This document shows positions 12,401 to 22,962 of a stretch of 64,000 nt of DNA, in pieces (positions within the stretch are counted from its first letter, which is position 1; each line of letters begins with the position of its first letter). The notes below the pieces were generated by a model that worked only from the letters and a program-made list of their open reading frames with translations, had not been told where the DNA came from and searched no databases. Source of the stretch: Mobula hypostoma (lineage: Eukaryota); contig NC_086100.1 in the NCBI RefSeq assembly GCF_963921235.1, positions 200,882,001 through 200,946,000 on the forward strand, written 5' to 3'. Position numbers and translations under genes: made by a program.

Positions 12401-15400
12401 GTTTTATCACCCCTTGTTCAATCCCTTCCGACCTATGTTCGTGACACTTCTCACGCTCTTAAACTTTTCGATGATTTTAAGTTCCCTGGCCCCCACCGCT
12501 TTATTATCACCATGGATGTCCAGTCCTTATATACTTCCATCCCCCATCAGGAAGGTCTCAAAGCTCTACGCTTCTTTTTGGATTCCAGACCTAATCAGTT
12601 CCCCTCTACCACCACTCTGCTCCGTCTAGCGGAATTAGTCCTTACTCTTAATAATTTCTCCTTTTGCTCCTCCCATTTCCTCCAAACTAAAGGTGTAGCT
12701 ATGGGCACCCGTATGGGTCCTAGCTATGCCTGCCTTTTTGTTGGGTTTGTGGAACAATCTATGTTCCATGCCTATTCTGGTATCAGTCCCCCACTTTTCC
12801 TTCGCTACATCGACGACTGCATTGGCGCTGCTTCCTGCACGCATGCAGAACTCGTTGACTTTATTAACTTTGCCTCCAACTTTCACCCTGCCCTCAAGTT
12901 TACCTGGTCCATTTCCGACACCTCCCTCCCCTTTCTAGATCTTTCTGTCTCTGTCTCTGGAGACAGCTTATCCACTGATGTCTACTATAAGCCTACTGAC
13001 TCTCACAGCTATCTGGACTATTCCTCTTCTCACCCTGTCTCTTGCAAAAACGCCATCCCCTTCTCGCAATTCCTCCGTCTCCGCCGCATCTGCTCTCAGG
13101 ATGAGGCTTTTCATTCTAGGACGAGGGAGATGTCTTCATTTTTTAAAGAAAGGGGCTTCCCTTCCTCCATTATCAACTCTGCTCTTAAACGCATCTCCCC
13201 CATTTCACGTACATCTGCTCTCACTCCATCCTCCCACCACCCCACTAGGAATAGGGTTCCCCTGGTCCTCACCTACCACCCCACCAGCCTCCGGGTCCAA
13301 CATATTATTCTCCGTAACTTCCGCCACCTCCAACAGGATCCCACCACTAAGCACATCTTTCCCTCCCCCCCCTCTCTCTGCATTCCGCAGGGATCGCTCC
13401 CTACACAACTCCCTTGTCCATTCGTCCCCCCCATCCCTCCCCACTGATCTCCCTCCTGGCACTTATCCGTGTAAGTGGAACAAGTGCTACACATGCCCTT
13501 ACACTTCCTCCCTTACCACCATTCAGGGTCCCAAACAGTCCTTCCAGGTGAGGCATCACTTCACCTGTGAGTCGACTGGGGTGATATACTGCGTCCGGTG
13601 CTCCCGATGTGGCCTTTTATATATTGGTGAGACCCGACGCAGACTGGGAGACCGCTTTGCTGAACATCTACGCTCTGTCCGCCAGAGAAAGCAGGATCTC
13701 CCAGTGACCACACATTTTAATTCCACATCCCATTCCCATTCTGACATGTCTATCCATGGCCTCCTCTACTGTAAAGATGAAGCCACACTCAGGTTGGAGG
13801 AACAACACCTTATATTCCGTCTGGGTAGCCTCCAACCTGATGGCATGAACATTGACTTCTCTAACTTCCGCTAGGCCCCACCTCCCCCTCGTACCCCATC
13901 TGTTACTCATTTTTATGTACACATTCTTTCTCTCACTCTCCTTTTTCTCCCTCTGTCCCTCTGAATATACCTCTTGCCCATCCTCTGGGTCACCCCCCCC
14001 CCCCATCTTTCTTCCCGGACCTCCTGTCCCATGATCCTCTCGTATCCCCTTTTGCCTATCACCTGTCCAGCTCTCGGCTCTATCCCTCCCCCTCCTGTCT
14101 TCTCCTATCATTTTGCATCTCCCCCTCCCCCTCCAGCTTTCAAATCCCTTACTCACTCTTCCTTCAGTTAGTCCTGACGAAGGGTCTCGGCCTGAAACGT
14201 CGACTGCGCCTCTTCCTATAGATGCTGCTTGGCCTGCTGCATTCACCAGCAACTTTGATGTGTGTTGCTTGAATTTCCAGCATCTGCAGAATTCCTGTTG
14301 TTTGAATTATAGACCGGTTAGCCTAACGTTGGTGGTGGGGAAACTGCTGGAGTCAGTTATCAAGGATGTGATAACAGCACATTTGGAAAGCGGTGAAATG
14401 ATCGGACAAAGTCAGCATGGATTTGTGAAAGGAAAATCATGTCTGACGAATCTCATAGAATTTTTTGAGGATGTAACTAGTAGAGTGGATAGGGGAGAAC
14501 CAGTGGATGTGGTATATTTGGATTTTCAAAAGGCTTTTGACAAGGTCCCACACAGGAGATTAGTGTGCAAACTTAAAGCACACGGTATTGGGGGTAAGGT
14601 ACTGGTGTGGGTGGAGAATTGGTTAGCAGACAGGAAGCAAAGAGTGGGAATAAACGGGACCTTTTCAGAATGGCAGGCGGTGACTAGTGGGGTACCGCAA
14701 GACTCAGTGCTGGGACCCCAGTTGTTTACAATATATATTAATGACTTGGATGAGGGAATTAAATGCAGCATCTCCAAGTTTGCGGATGACACGAAGCTGG
14801 GTGCAGTGTTAGCAGTGAGGAGGATGCAGGGTGACTTGGATGGGTTGGGTGAGTGGGCAAACTCATGGCAGATGCAATTTAATGTGGATAAATGTGAAGT
14901 TATCCACTTTGGTGGCAAAAATAGGAAAACAGATTATTATCTGAATGGTGGCCGATTAGGAAAAGGGGAGGTGCAACGAGACCTGGGTGTCATTATACAC
15001 CAGTCATTGAAAGTGGGCATGCAGGTACAGCAGGCGGTGAAAAAGGCGAATGGTATGCTGGCATTTATAGCGAGAGGATTCGAGTACAGGAGCAGGGAGG
15101 TACTACTGTAGTTGTACAAGGCCTTGGTGAGACCACACCTGGAGTATTGTGTGCAGTTTTGGTCCCCTAATCTGAGGAAAGACATCTTTGCCATAGAGGG
15201 AGTACAAAGAAGGTTCACCAGATTGATTCCTGGGATGGCAGGACTTTAATATGAAGAAAGACTGGATGAACTGGGCTTGTACTCGTTGGAATTTAGAAGA
15301 TTGAGGGGGGATCTGATTGAAACGTATAAGATCCTAAAGGGATTGGACAGGCTAGATGCAGGAAGATTGTTCCCGATGTTGGGGAAGTCCAGAACGAGGG

Positions 15401-18400
15401 GTCACAGTTTGAGGATAGAGGGGAAGCCTTTTAGGACCGAGATTAGGAAAAACTTCTTCACACAGAGAGTGGTGAATCTGTGGAATTCTCTGCCACAGGA
15501 AACAGTTGACGCCGGTTCATTGGCTATATTTAAGAGGGAGTTAGATATGGCCCTTGTGGCTACGGCGATCAGGGGGTATGGAGGGAAGGCTGGGGCGGGT
15601 TCTGAGTTGGATGATCAGCCATGATCATAATAAATGGCGGTGCAGGCTCGAAGGGCCGAATGGCCTACTCCTGCACCTATTTTCTATGTTTCTATGTCAC
15701 ATGCAGAACTCTACAGACAGTGCTGGATGTCTGAGGCTGAGCATTTCCGTACTGCGGTGTGATTTCTGGAGGGAGGGGTGGGGCTGTTCCACTCTGCCCG
15801 AGGTGGGTGGTCTGACAGGATGTGCGTGGCAGTGTTAGTCTGACCTCTCGTCCTGTTGCAGCCTGGATTTCCACTCCAACCTGGTCGCCGAGGCCGTGAA
15901 GAAGGTGATCAAACAGGGCAAGGTAGGTGAGACTGGGGGCCGATAGGGGGAGGTGTCCTGCCCTTGGACAGAGCTTGAGGGGCGGGGGGTGTACCACGGC
16001 CTATGTCTCAGGGGAGGTCTTGACCACTAAAGTTGTGGCCTGTGTGTGTGGTGTCAGACCCTGAGAGACAGGTGAGGCTGGGTGGTCGATTCTCTATTCC
16101 CTACAACTCATTTGAGGTTGGGAATCAGAGCTGAGCCACAGACTTGGTGACCTGGATGACTGGTGTCGCAGAACCTGGAGTCAGGCCTGAGCCTGTGGTG
16201 GGACCTGAATGCCTGTTTCTGGATGTATCTTCTTGTTAAGCCCAACAGCAACTCACCAGGGTCCTCTGTCTTGGGCCAGTCTTTCAGACCCATCCTTCCT
16301 CTCCCAGTGATGAGGTCCCTGTAATTCCTGTTGCCGTTTCTTTAACACTGGCTTGCCAGCCCCATGCAAAACCTCCTCCTTTTGCAGCCGGGCTTTAGAC
16401 CGTCTGTGGCACAACTGGAATGCGAGTGTGGACCTCGGGATTTGTACCACAGTGGCTGTGTAACCCCACTCCTCATTTGCCCACCATCCTTAGGGCTGGC
16501 AGAGTCGCAGGGAGACAGGAAGCAGATGCTGGAAATCCAGAGGAACCCATAGAGAGTTGTGGCCTGGAGAAGCTGGGGTTAAATTTTAATGGATTTAGAT
16601 TAGAGATCTGGCATGGTAACAGACCGTTCTGACCCAGTGAGCCCGTGTACTAATCCGCATGCCTTTATACTGAGAGAGGAAACCCATGCTGTCACGGGGA
16701 GAATGTGCTGACACCGGTGGGACGTGAAACCGGTTGCTGATGCTGTAAGGCGTTACTCTAGCCATGCCAGCCCAATCTGAATGATGGTGAGTGTGTGTAC
16801 ACAGGGTCCAGGGCTGACAAGACTGTTGTTAATTTTCCAATTTCTTTCGTTTCCACTCATTTTCTTTTACTTTCGTCTCTCCCGTGGGTCTTTCTTCCCC
16901 GGATCAGGTGCGGACCCGGGACATGGGCGGTTACAGCACCACCAGTGACTTCCTGAAGAACGTCATCGAGAGCCTGTACCCTCCTCGCCTTCGCTAGTGC
17001 TGTGCCACACCGTCAGGGCAGGGGCTGCCCGCCTTCTCGAGCCCCACCTCAGTTCCTCTGGGGGTGGCCCAGGGGCCATGTTAAACATCCCACTGGGTGC
17101 TGGCCATTTTGGATTAGAGATGGGGGCATCGAAGAGGGAAGACATGTGGTGCCTGCATGACCACTTCCTCCTACTAATTGCGCCCCAGAGCCAGGACCCA
17201 GCAGACTAGCCCTCCTTCTGGGAATGCAAACGCAAAATGCTGCTGGTGCCGGAGGCGTGTTGACAATAACCACCTCCCTCCGGTCAGACCTGATCTCCTT
17301 TGTCCTTTTTTAACAAATTAAACAGAATCATAAGACTGAGATTATTTGAAGGGATGGTGGTGTGATCACTGAACTCAAGTATGATCCCTAAGGGAATGTC
17401 TATTGGTGGGTCCTCAGGCGGCTGTGTCTTTCGATCAGCCTCTCCTTTCGCGGCTGTTTTACAGCAGATTGGTCCCTCTTGCAGATTTCCTCCACGTCCA
17501 TCTGTTGAGATCTTTTTGAGTTTTTAGATGAAGGGAGGCATCTAAAAACCACTGGTGTGGTATGAGAAAGAGTCCAATCAATGGACCATCTGTTACACTC
17601 TCTGAAAAATCCTGACTCTTGCATGGAGATGGAAAATTTAATTGGGCTGCAGCTCCAGCATGAACTGACAATCCAGGGTGTGTTTAGTGTGGAGGGAGCA
17701 GGGAAAATGTGTCCTATCCTGTGACGTTCTGTCAAAGGAAGGTCTATCTAAGTGTGGAGACCAACACCGATCATAGAACAGTACAGGCCCTTCGGCCCAC
17801 AATATTGTGCCAACCCTTAAACCTTGCCTCCCATATAACCCCCCCACCTTAAATTTCTCCATATACCTGTCTAGTAGTCTCTTAAACTTCACTAGTGTAT
17901 CTGCCTCCACCACTGACTCAGGCAGTGCATTCCACGCACCAACCACTCTCTGAGTAAAAAAACCTTCCTCTAATATCCCCCTTGAACTTCCCACCCCTTA
18001 CCTTAAAGCCATGTCCTCTTGTATTGAGCAGTGGTGCCCTGGGGAAGAGGCGCTGGCTATCCACTCTATCTATTCCTCTTAATATCTTGTATACCTCTAT
18101 CATGTCTCCTCTCATCCTCCTTCTCTCCAAAGAGTAAAGCCCTAGCTCCCTTAATCTCATACTCTCTAGACCAGGCAGCATCCTGGTAAATCTCCTCTGT
18201 ACCCTTTCCAATGCTTCCACATCCTTCCTATAGTGAGGCGACAGAACTGGACACAGTGCTCCAAGTGTGGCCTCACCAGTTTTATAGAGCTGCAAACAAC
18301 AGGAATTCTGCAGATGCTGGAAATTCAAGCAACACACATCAAAGTTGCTGGTGAACGCAGCAGGCCAGGCAGCATCTGTAGGAAGAGGTACAGTCGATGT

Positions 18401-20019
18401 TTCAGGCCGAGACCCTTCGTCACGACTAACTGAAGGAAGAGTAAGAGATTTGAAAGTGGGAGGGGGAGGGGGAGATCTGAAATGATAGGAGAAGACAGGA
18501 GGGGGAGGGATGGAGCCAAGAGCTGGACAGGTGATTGGCAAAAGGGATAGGAGAGGATCATGGGACAGGAGGCCCAGGGAGAAAGACGGCGGGGGGGGGA
18601 AACAGAGGATGGGCAAGGGGTATAGTCAGAGAGACAGAGGGGGAGAAAGGAGAGAGAGAGAAAGAATGTGTGTAGAAAGAGAGTGAGAGAAAGCTGCATC
18701 ATTACCTCGTGACTCTTAAACTCTATCCCTTCACTTATGAAAGCTAACATTCCATAAGCTTTCTTAACTACCCAGTCTACCTGTGAGGCCACTTTCAGGG
18801 ATCTGTGGACATGTATCCCCAGATCCCTCTGCTCCTCCATGGAGCAAAGTGGTCAGTACCCGATGTAAATAATAAACTGAAGAGATTCTGAAGGTAACAC
18901 ACACAAGATACTGGAGGAACTCAGCAGGCCAGGCAGCACCTATAGGGAAAAGGTATAACCAAAAGTTTCAGACCAAGAAATCACTCATCTTTTTTTCCCC
19001 CCCAAGTCATGTTGAAGGGTCTCGGGCTGAAATGTTGGCATAGAAGATGTCTGGCCTACTGAGTTCCTCCGGCATTGTGTGTTTGTTTTTATAGTATCTG
19101 CAGGTTTTCTCGTTTGAGATTCTGCAGTTGATGGAAATCCAAAGTAACACACAGAATGCTGGAGGAACTCAGCAGGCCAGACAGTATTTAGGGAAATGGG
19201 AAAACTGATGTTTTAGGAGGACGACGAGACCTTTTATCAGGACTGGAAAGGAAGGAGGGTGACAAAAATGTGGGGGGAGGGGAAGGAGGACAAGCGGGGA
19301 GGAAAGAGGCCAGAGTGGGGAATAGGAGACAGAAGGGGGAGGGCAAAAAAGTTAAGCGGTCAGAAAAAGCAAATGTTCATGCCATCAGGTTAGATGGTAC
19401 TTAGACAGAATGAAGTGTTGCTCTTCCATCTCCTAGGAGTGTCCCCAGTGCGCAGGAAGAAGTCGTCCTCGATGAGAAGGATTAATGGGTCTTTGGGGCA
19501 AGGAATTGGTTTTTTTCTACAAAGTCAGACAGTATGTTTATAAACGGTGCGTGCAAAGCTTCCTTGCTCCATTGGCAACAGGTATTGGGAATGTGGGATG
19601 AAAGGAAGACTTATCTGTGGCCCTCATTAAAGCAGCTTTGCTTATAAGACTTAGGAGAATTGGGCTATTTCTGTCATGGCTGATTTATTATCCCTCTCAA
19701 CCCCTCCCTCCCCCCCTAACATTTGATGCTGACTGATTAAATGAAACTATGTCTGCATCTCCAGTGATGGTAGTCAGTCAGCATGAGCACCTATGCATAA
19801 CTGCCTTAAGGGTAAACGTTGGAGTTGTGGATGAACCAGAATGGGAAAGGTGGGTCTATTAAGCTTTCTGTGACCAGTGCTGCTGTAACCCTCACTGATA
19901 GCAGACTGTTAACAGCCTTCAACATAGATTCTCTTTCCCAGGTCCGGACTGCCGACATGGGCGGATACTCAACCTCAGCAGAATTCACAGCAGCTGTGAT
20001 CACCAACCTTGGCACCTGA
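6403..20019 (+). CDS. IDH3B: Isocitrate dehydrogenase [NAD] subunit beta, mitochondrial (5'-partial, spliced; two alternative last exons)
   Basis: join(6403-6463,7283-7415,7606-7739,7924-8026,8343-8489,10277-10371,15862-15922, then 16908-16997 or 19942-20019). All introns are GT-AG with consistent phase. Translation [93 protein letters not shown] matches vertebrate IDH3B. Upstream exons are not in the window. Confidence 0.96.
6478..7082. repeat. G-rich minisatellite, about 10 units of 43-69 bp, IDH3B intron
   Basis: Core GGATGTGAGGCTGTGTCWGAGTGAGAGACTGGTGGTGAGG repeated 10 times. Confidence 0.92.
7283..7415 (+). CDS. IDH3B: IDH3B exon ([10 protein letters not shown]...YSSLEHQ)
   Basis: ctgcag|G...CACCAG|gtgagt, 133 nt. 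Confidence 0.95.
7606..7739 (+). CDS. IDH3B: IDH3B exon ([10 protein letters not shown]...VHKANIM)
   Basis: tatcag|AGT...ATCAT|gtgagt, 134 nt. Confidence 0.95.
7924..8026 (+). CDS. IDH3B: IDH3B exon ([11 protein letters not shown]...IDNCCMQ)
   Basis: ccacag|G...ATGCAG|gtaaac, 103 nt. Confidence 0.95.
8343..8489 (+). CDS. IDH3B: IDH3B exon ([18 protein letters not shown]...AVFET)
   Basis: ccacag|CTG...GAAACG|gtaaga, 147 nt. Confidence 0.95.
10277..10371 (+). CDS. IDH3B: IDH3B exon ([32 protein letters not shown])
   Basis: tttcag|GGA...CTGAA|gtaagt, 95 nt; not in the ORF track, read by eye. Confidence 0.95.
11472..14303 (+). mobile_element. Penelope-like element (Neptune-type): RT + GIY-YIG endonuclease, 5'-truncated, one frameshift
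   Basis: RT motifs [40 protein letters not shown]; Cys linker [18 protein letters not shown]...YIGET; 12-bp TSD GAATTATAGACC (11460-11471, 14304-14315). Confidence 0.93.
14169..14206 (+). ncRNA. Minimal type I hammerhead ribozyme in the PLE 3' region
   Basis: TAGTC-CTGACGA-AGG(gtctcgg)CCT-GAAA-CG-TC-GACTG: full catalytic core, GUC cleavage triplet (after 14201), palindromic ACGT stem III. Confidence 0.8.
15862..15922 (+). CDS. IDH3B: IDH3B exon ([20 protein letters not shown])
   Basis: ttgcag|C...GGCAAG|gtaggt, 61 nt. Confidence 0.94.
16908..16997 (+). CDS. IDH3B: IDH3B alternative terminal exon A ([29 protein letters not shown])
   Basis: Long pyrimidine tract then gatcag|GTG; TAG at 16995-16997; ATTAAA at 17317-17322. 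Confidence 0.9.
   Translation: MRTRDMGGYSTTSDFLKNVIESLYPPRLR
17770..18840 (-). mobile_element. CR1 3' fragment interrupted by a PLE tail
   Basis: [14 protein letters not shown]...[12 protein letters not shown] motifs; CR1 3' end near 17770. Confidence 0.85.
18295..18691 (-). mobile_element. Non-autonomous Penelope 3' fragment (mutated hammerhead)
   Basis: Highly similar to 13910-14303; TSD AGCTGCA (18288-18294, 18692-18698). Confidence 0.85.
19942..20019 (+). CDS. IDH3B: IDH3B alternative terminal exon B ([25 protein letters not shown])
   Basis: ctctttcccag|GTC; TGA at 20017-20019; poly(A) signals ATTAAA 20100-20105 and AATAAA 20541-20546. Confidence 0.9.
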   Translation, partial: VRTADMGGYSTSAEFTAAVITNLGT

Positions 20020-22490
20020 ACACAGAGGAGCTGAGACCACCAGACTCTCAAGCCTACCCATTAGTTTTAGTGCTGCCCGGTCCACACATCTGTGGTGTTA
20101 TTAAATTGAATTAATCATACTGGTGTATGTGTGAATTTTGTTAATCTGTAGTAGCAAAGTTCCCTTTTTAAACTCCTTATTCTCACCATAGGATTCGGGG
20201 AACATTCTGGGAATGGCTTGGGAGTTCAGAAGAATGAGGGAGATTTCATTGTAACCCATCAAATATTAAAAGACCTTGAGGGTGTGCGTGTTTCTTATAG
20301 TTGAATCTATGTACCCTTGGAACAGAGATGAATTTTAAACTGCAGGTGGTGAATCTACATGATTTGTTCTCAGAGAGCATTGGGTGTGAGTATATTTAAA
20401 GCAAAGACCGATAGATTTTTGAACATCATCCAGTAACCTTCAATGCCCAAGTTTGCAGACATTTTTATTAACACTGAGTACTTATCGATCATGAGTGGGA
20501 AATTATTTTACAGCATTTAAAAGCAAATATATTAACTATCAATAAAGTACAGAATATACACAATTTACCAATGTGCAATAATGTATGATATTGTACTGTG
20601 TGTGTTCTCCTGTTGTAGAGATGAATTGTTGAATATACTCACTACATTTGGTAGGAAAGGTTTTCTGCAACAATCCTTGTGACAGCAGAGTTAAATGAGT
20701 CTGTTCGAAAGGGTGCTCCACTACTGGACAATCAGGAATATCCTTTCCGTGGCCTACTTGACCACTCCCCCACTAGCTCGAGTCCATGTTTTAGACAAGC
20801 AACACAGCTTTCCATACCTGCTGCCTGGCCCACTCAGTTCCTCCAGGATCTGCAGATTGTGTCCTGTTTGGTTTTTAGCCAAGGACTGATCCAGCCTTCT
20901 GGCATCACCAGCACCACTCCCCCAAAGTAAAGCCGCAGAGGCAGCTGTACATGCTGCAAAAGATCTCCAGCATCCCCTTCTTGTGGACAGCCTTGGTGTA
21001 GTCAAGTCTGGTGTCCAGGTACTCTTCCACCAACACAATCACTTCTCCCAAAATGTCCTCTTCATCCTAAAATCTCCCTGGTTTTGGCCAAATTCAGCAG
21101 TGATTTCCCCCCAACCACTGCAGGAGACTCTGATGTTTACTAAAAGTCCAAGATGAAGAGTGTGAACAGAAATGCAGACAGGTCAGTCCCATCCCTTCCT
21201 CCATCTCAGACAGAACTACCCAGCTGTACAAACTGGGGTCTATCTGTCAGCTAGTCAGTAATTCAGCTTCTCACATAGTGGCTGGATTGTATTTAAGGTG
21301 CAAGAAATCAAAAAAATGTGATTCTCAATGCCACCAGCATCATCCAGGTGAGAGTGAGTCCACTCTCACAGAAGGTTGGTAGGCAAAATGTCAAGGGTTT
21401 AATGAAGATCTCACCTGTAGCTCTAGGCAAGTCAGGACCAGCCTCTCCAACACCGTGAGGGCAATTTGTCTGTAGTCATTTAAGTTCAGGTGGCATCTCC
21501 TTGGGTACAGACACCAAGCACAAAGTCATTCATAGCACTGGTATCTTATCCTGACTCAAGACTTGTAAAGGTGCTGCAAAATACCAGACCGCTGGCTCGC
21601 AGACCTTCAGTACCCTGGGGCTGATGCTGTCTGGTCCAGCAGCATTAGACTGGCAAAGAATGTAGATTAGTTGTGGGTGGAGAAATAACCTGGTGTCAAC
21701 TGTGAAATGAAACCACACTAGGGCCTTGCCCTTCAGTGGAGATGTGCAGAGGTTCATAGCTCCCAGAACATGGCTACACAGGTGGGTAGGGTGATTAATA
21801 TGCAAGACATCATTCAAAAGTCAGCAAGTTCTGTTGCAAAACCCTATAAAACTTATTAAGCCACATTTGGAATATTGCATGCAGTTCTGGATACCAGAGG
21901 GCATGCATTTAAGATGAGTGGGGAAAATTATAGATGTGAGAAGCAAGGTTTTAAATAACATGGTGGGTGCCTGGGGCAGTGGCAGGTGGTAGTGGTAGAC
22001 ATTTAGATCAGCACATGAATGGGAGGAAATAGGAAATGAAAGGATACAGACATTACGTAGGCAGAGATTAGTTGGCATTTGATTACTAAATTGGTTTAGT
22101 ACAACACTAGGCAAAACAGCCCATTCAAGTGCCGCACTGGTCTATGTTTGTGTAGGAGAAGGGTTGTCTGTAGCAGCACAAGTGAACTATTAAAGCATTG
22201 TTCTGAACACTCCAGGAGTATTGCAGTTCCAGACATCCACTTGCAAAGACTGGCATTGAGGGGATGTAACCCATGTCTACTCCAGAATTATCTCAATAGA
22301 CATAAAAAAAAAATCCAAGTATTACCAGTGGGAAGGAGTAGTGGCAATTACCATTCATTCCCAGTTATCACAGGGCTTCCCTCCAATGCAATATTCCACT
22401 GTCAGCCTTCAGTAGCGTCCTGATCCACCCAGGTACCCTGTGGCTGTATACAACTTACACCAGTGAACTCAGTCTGAAAGAGTTTGGAGT

Positions 22491-22496
22491 TTTATT
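22491..22496 (-). terminator. NOP56 polyadenylation signal AATAAA
   Basis: TTTATT on the + strand about 235 nt after the stop codon. Confidence 0.7.
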
Positions 22497-22731
22497 GTCT
22501 TTACATATTTACAAGGCAGACGAGTCTGCAACCCACTCTCTCCAGAGGCCAAATACATGACTGCTGTAATCTGAGTGGCACCTGCGAGCTGACAGCAGTG
22601 ACAAGGGAGCTGCCAGACACTGGTGAAGGAAGAGGCTCAGCAGTGGGTCTTCCTCACCAAGGGGACCAGGTCCACAAAGACCAAACCCACCGGGACAACT
22701 TCACAGGTCAGGTGGCTCCAGCAACCAAAGG

Positions 22732-22962
22732 TCACAGGGGAGAGGCTTCCTCCCCACCTTTGTGTTTCTTCTTCTTTTTCTTTTTACTGTCCAGTACCGG
22801 GATCTCTGGTGTCTCAGCCTCGAGAGGCTGGCGATGCTTCTTTTTCTTGGCTGGAGTCTCCTGCACCCCATTTGCCACACTGTCCACTGTTGGTTCTTCC
22901 TCAACCTGCATCTCCACCTTCTTTTTCTTTTTCTTCTTCTTCACCAGCTCTGTGTCTCCAAC
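22732..22962 (-). CDS. NOP56: NOP56 exon 12 (Lys-rich C-terminus)
   Basis: ctgcag|GTT...TGA (22732-22734), poly-K tracts. Confidence 0.9.
   Translation of the reverse strand, partial: VGDTELVKKKKKKKKVEMQVEEEPTVDSVANGVQETPAKKKKHRQPLEAETPEIPVLDSKKKKKKKHKGGEEASPL

Larger units (their letters stand above)
10955..15697 (+). mobile_element. CR1 LINE ORF2 3' portion, split by a Penelope insertion
   Basis: [15 protein letters not shown] (11095-11475) resumes as [27 protein letters not shown] (14304-15111); TTTCTATG tail at about 15690. Confidence 0.9.

Noticed and set aside
14113..15111. 332-aa ORF as a novel fusion protein
   Set aside because: Chance read-through from the PLE tail into the interrupted CR1 RT, ending at a premature stop
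20754..21817. Small gene between IDH3B and NOP56
   Set aside because: The ORFs are decayed Rex1/Babar fragments (GPDSISPRVLK; ALLWGSG..DARRLD)
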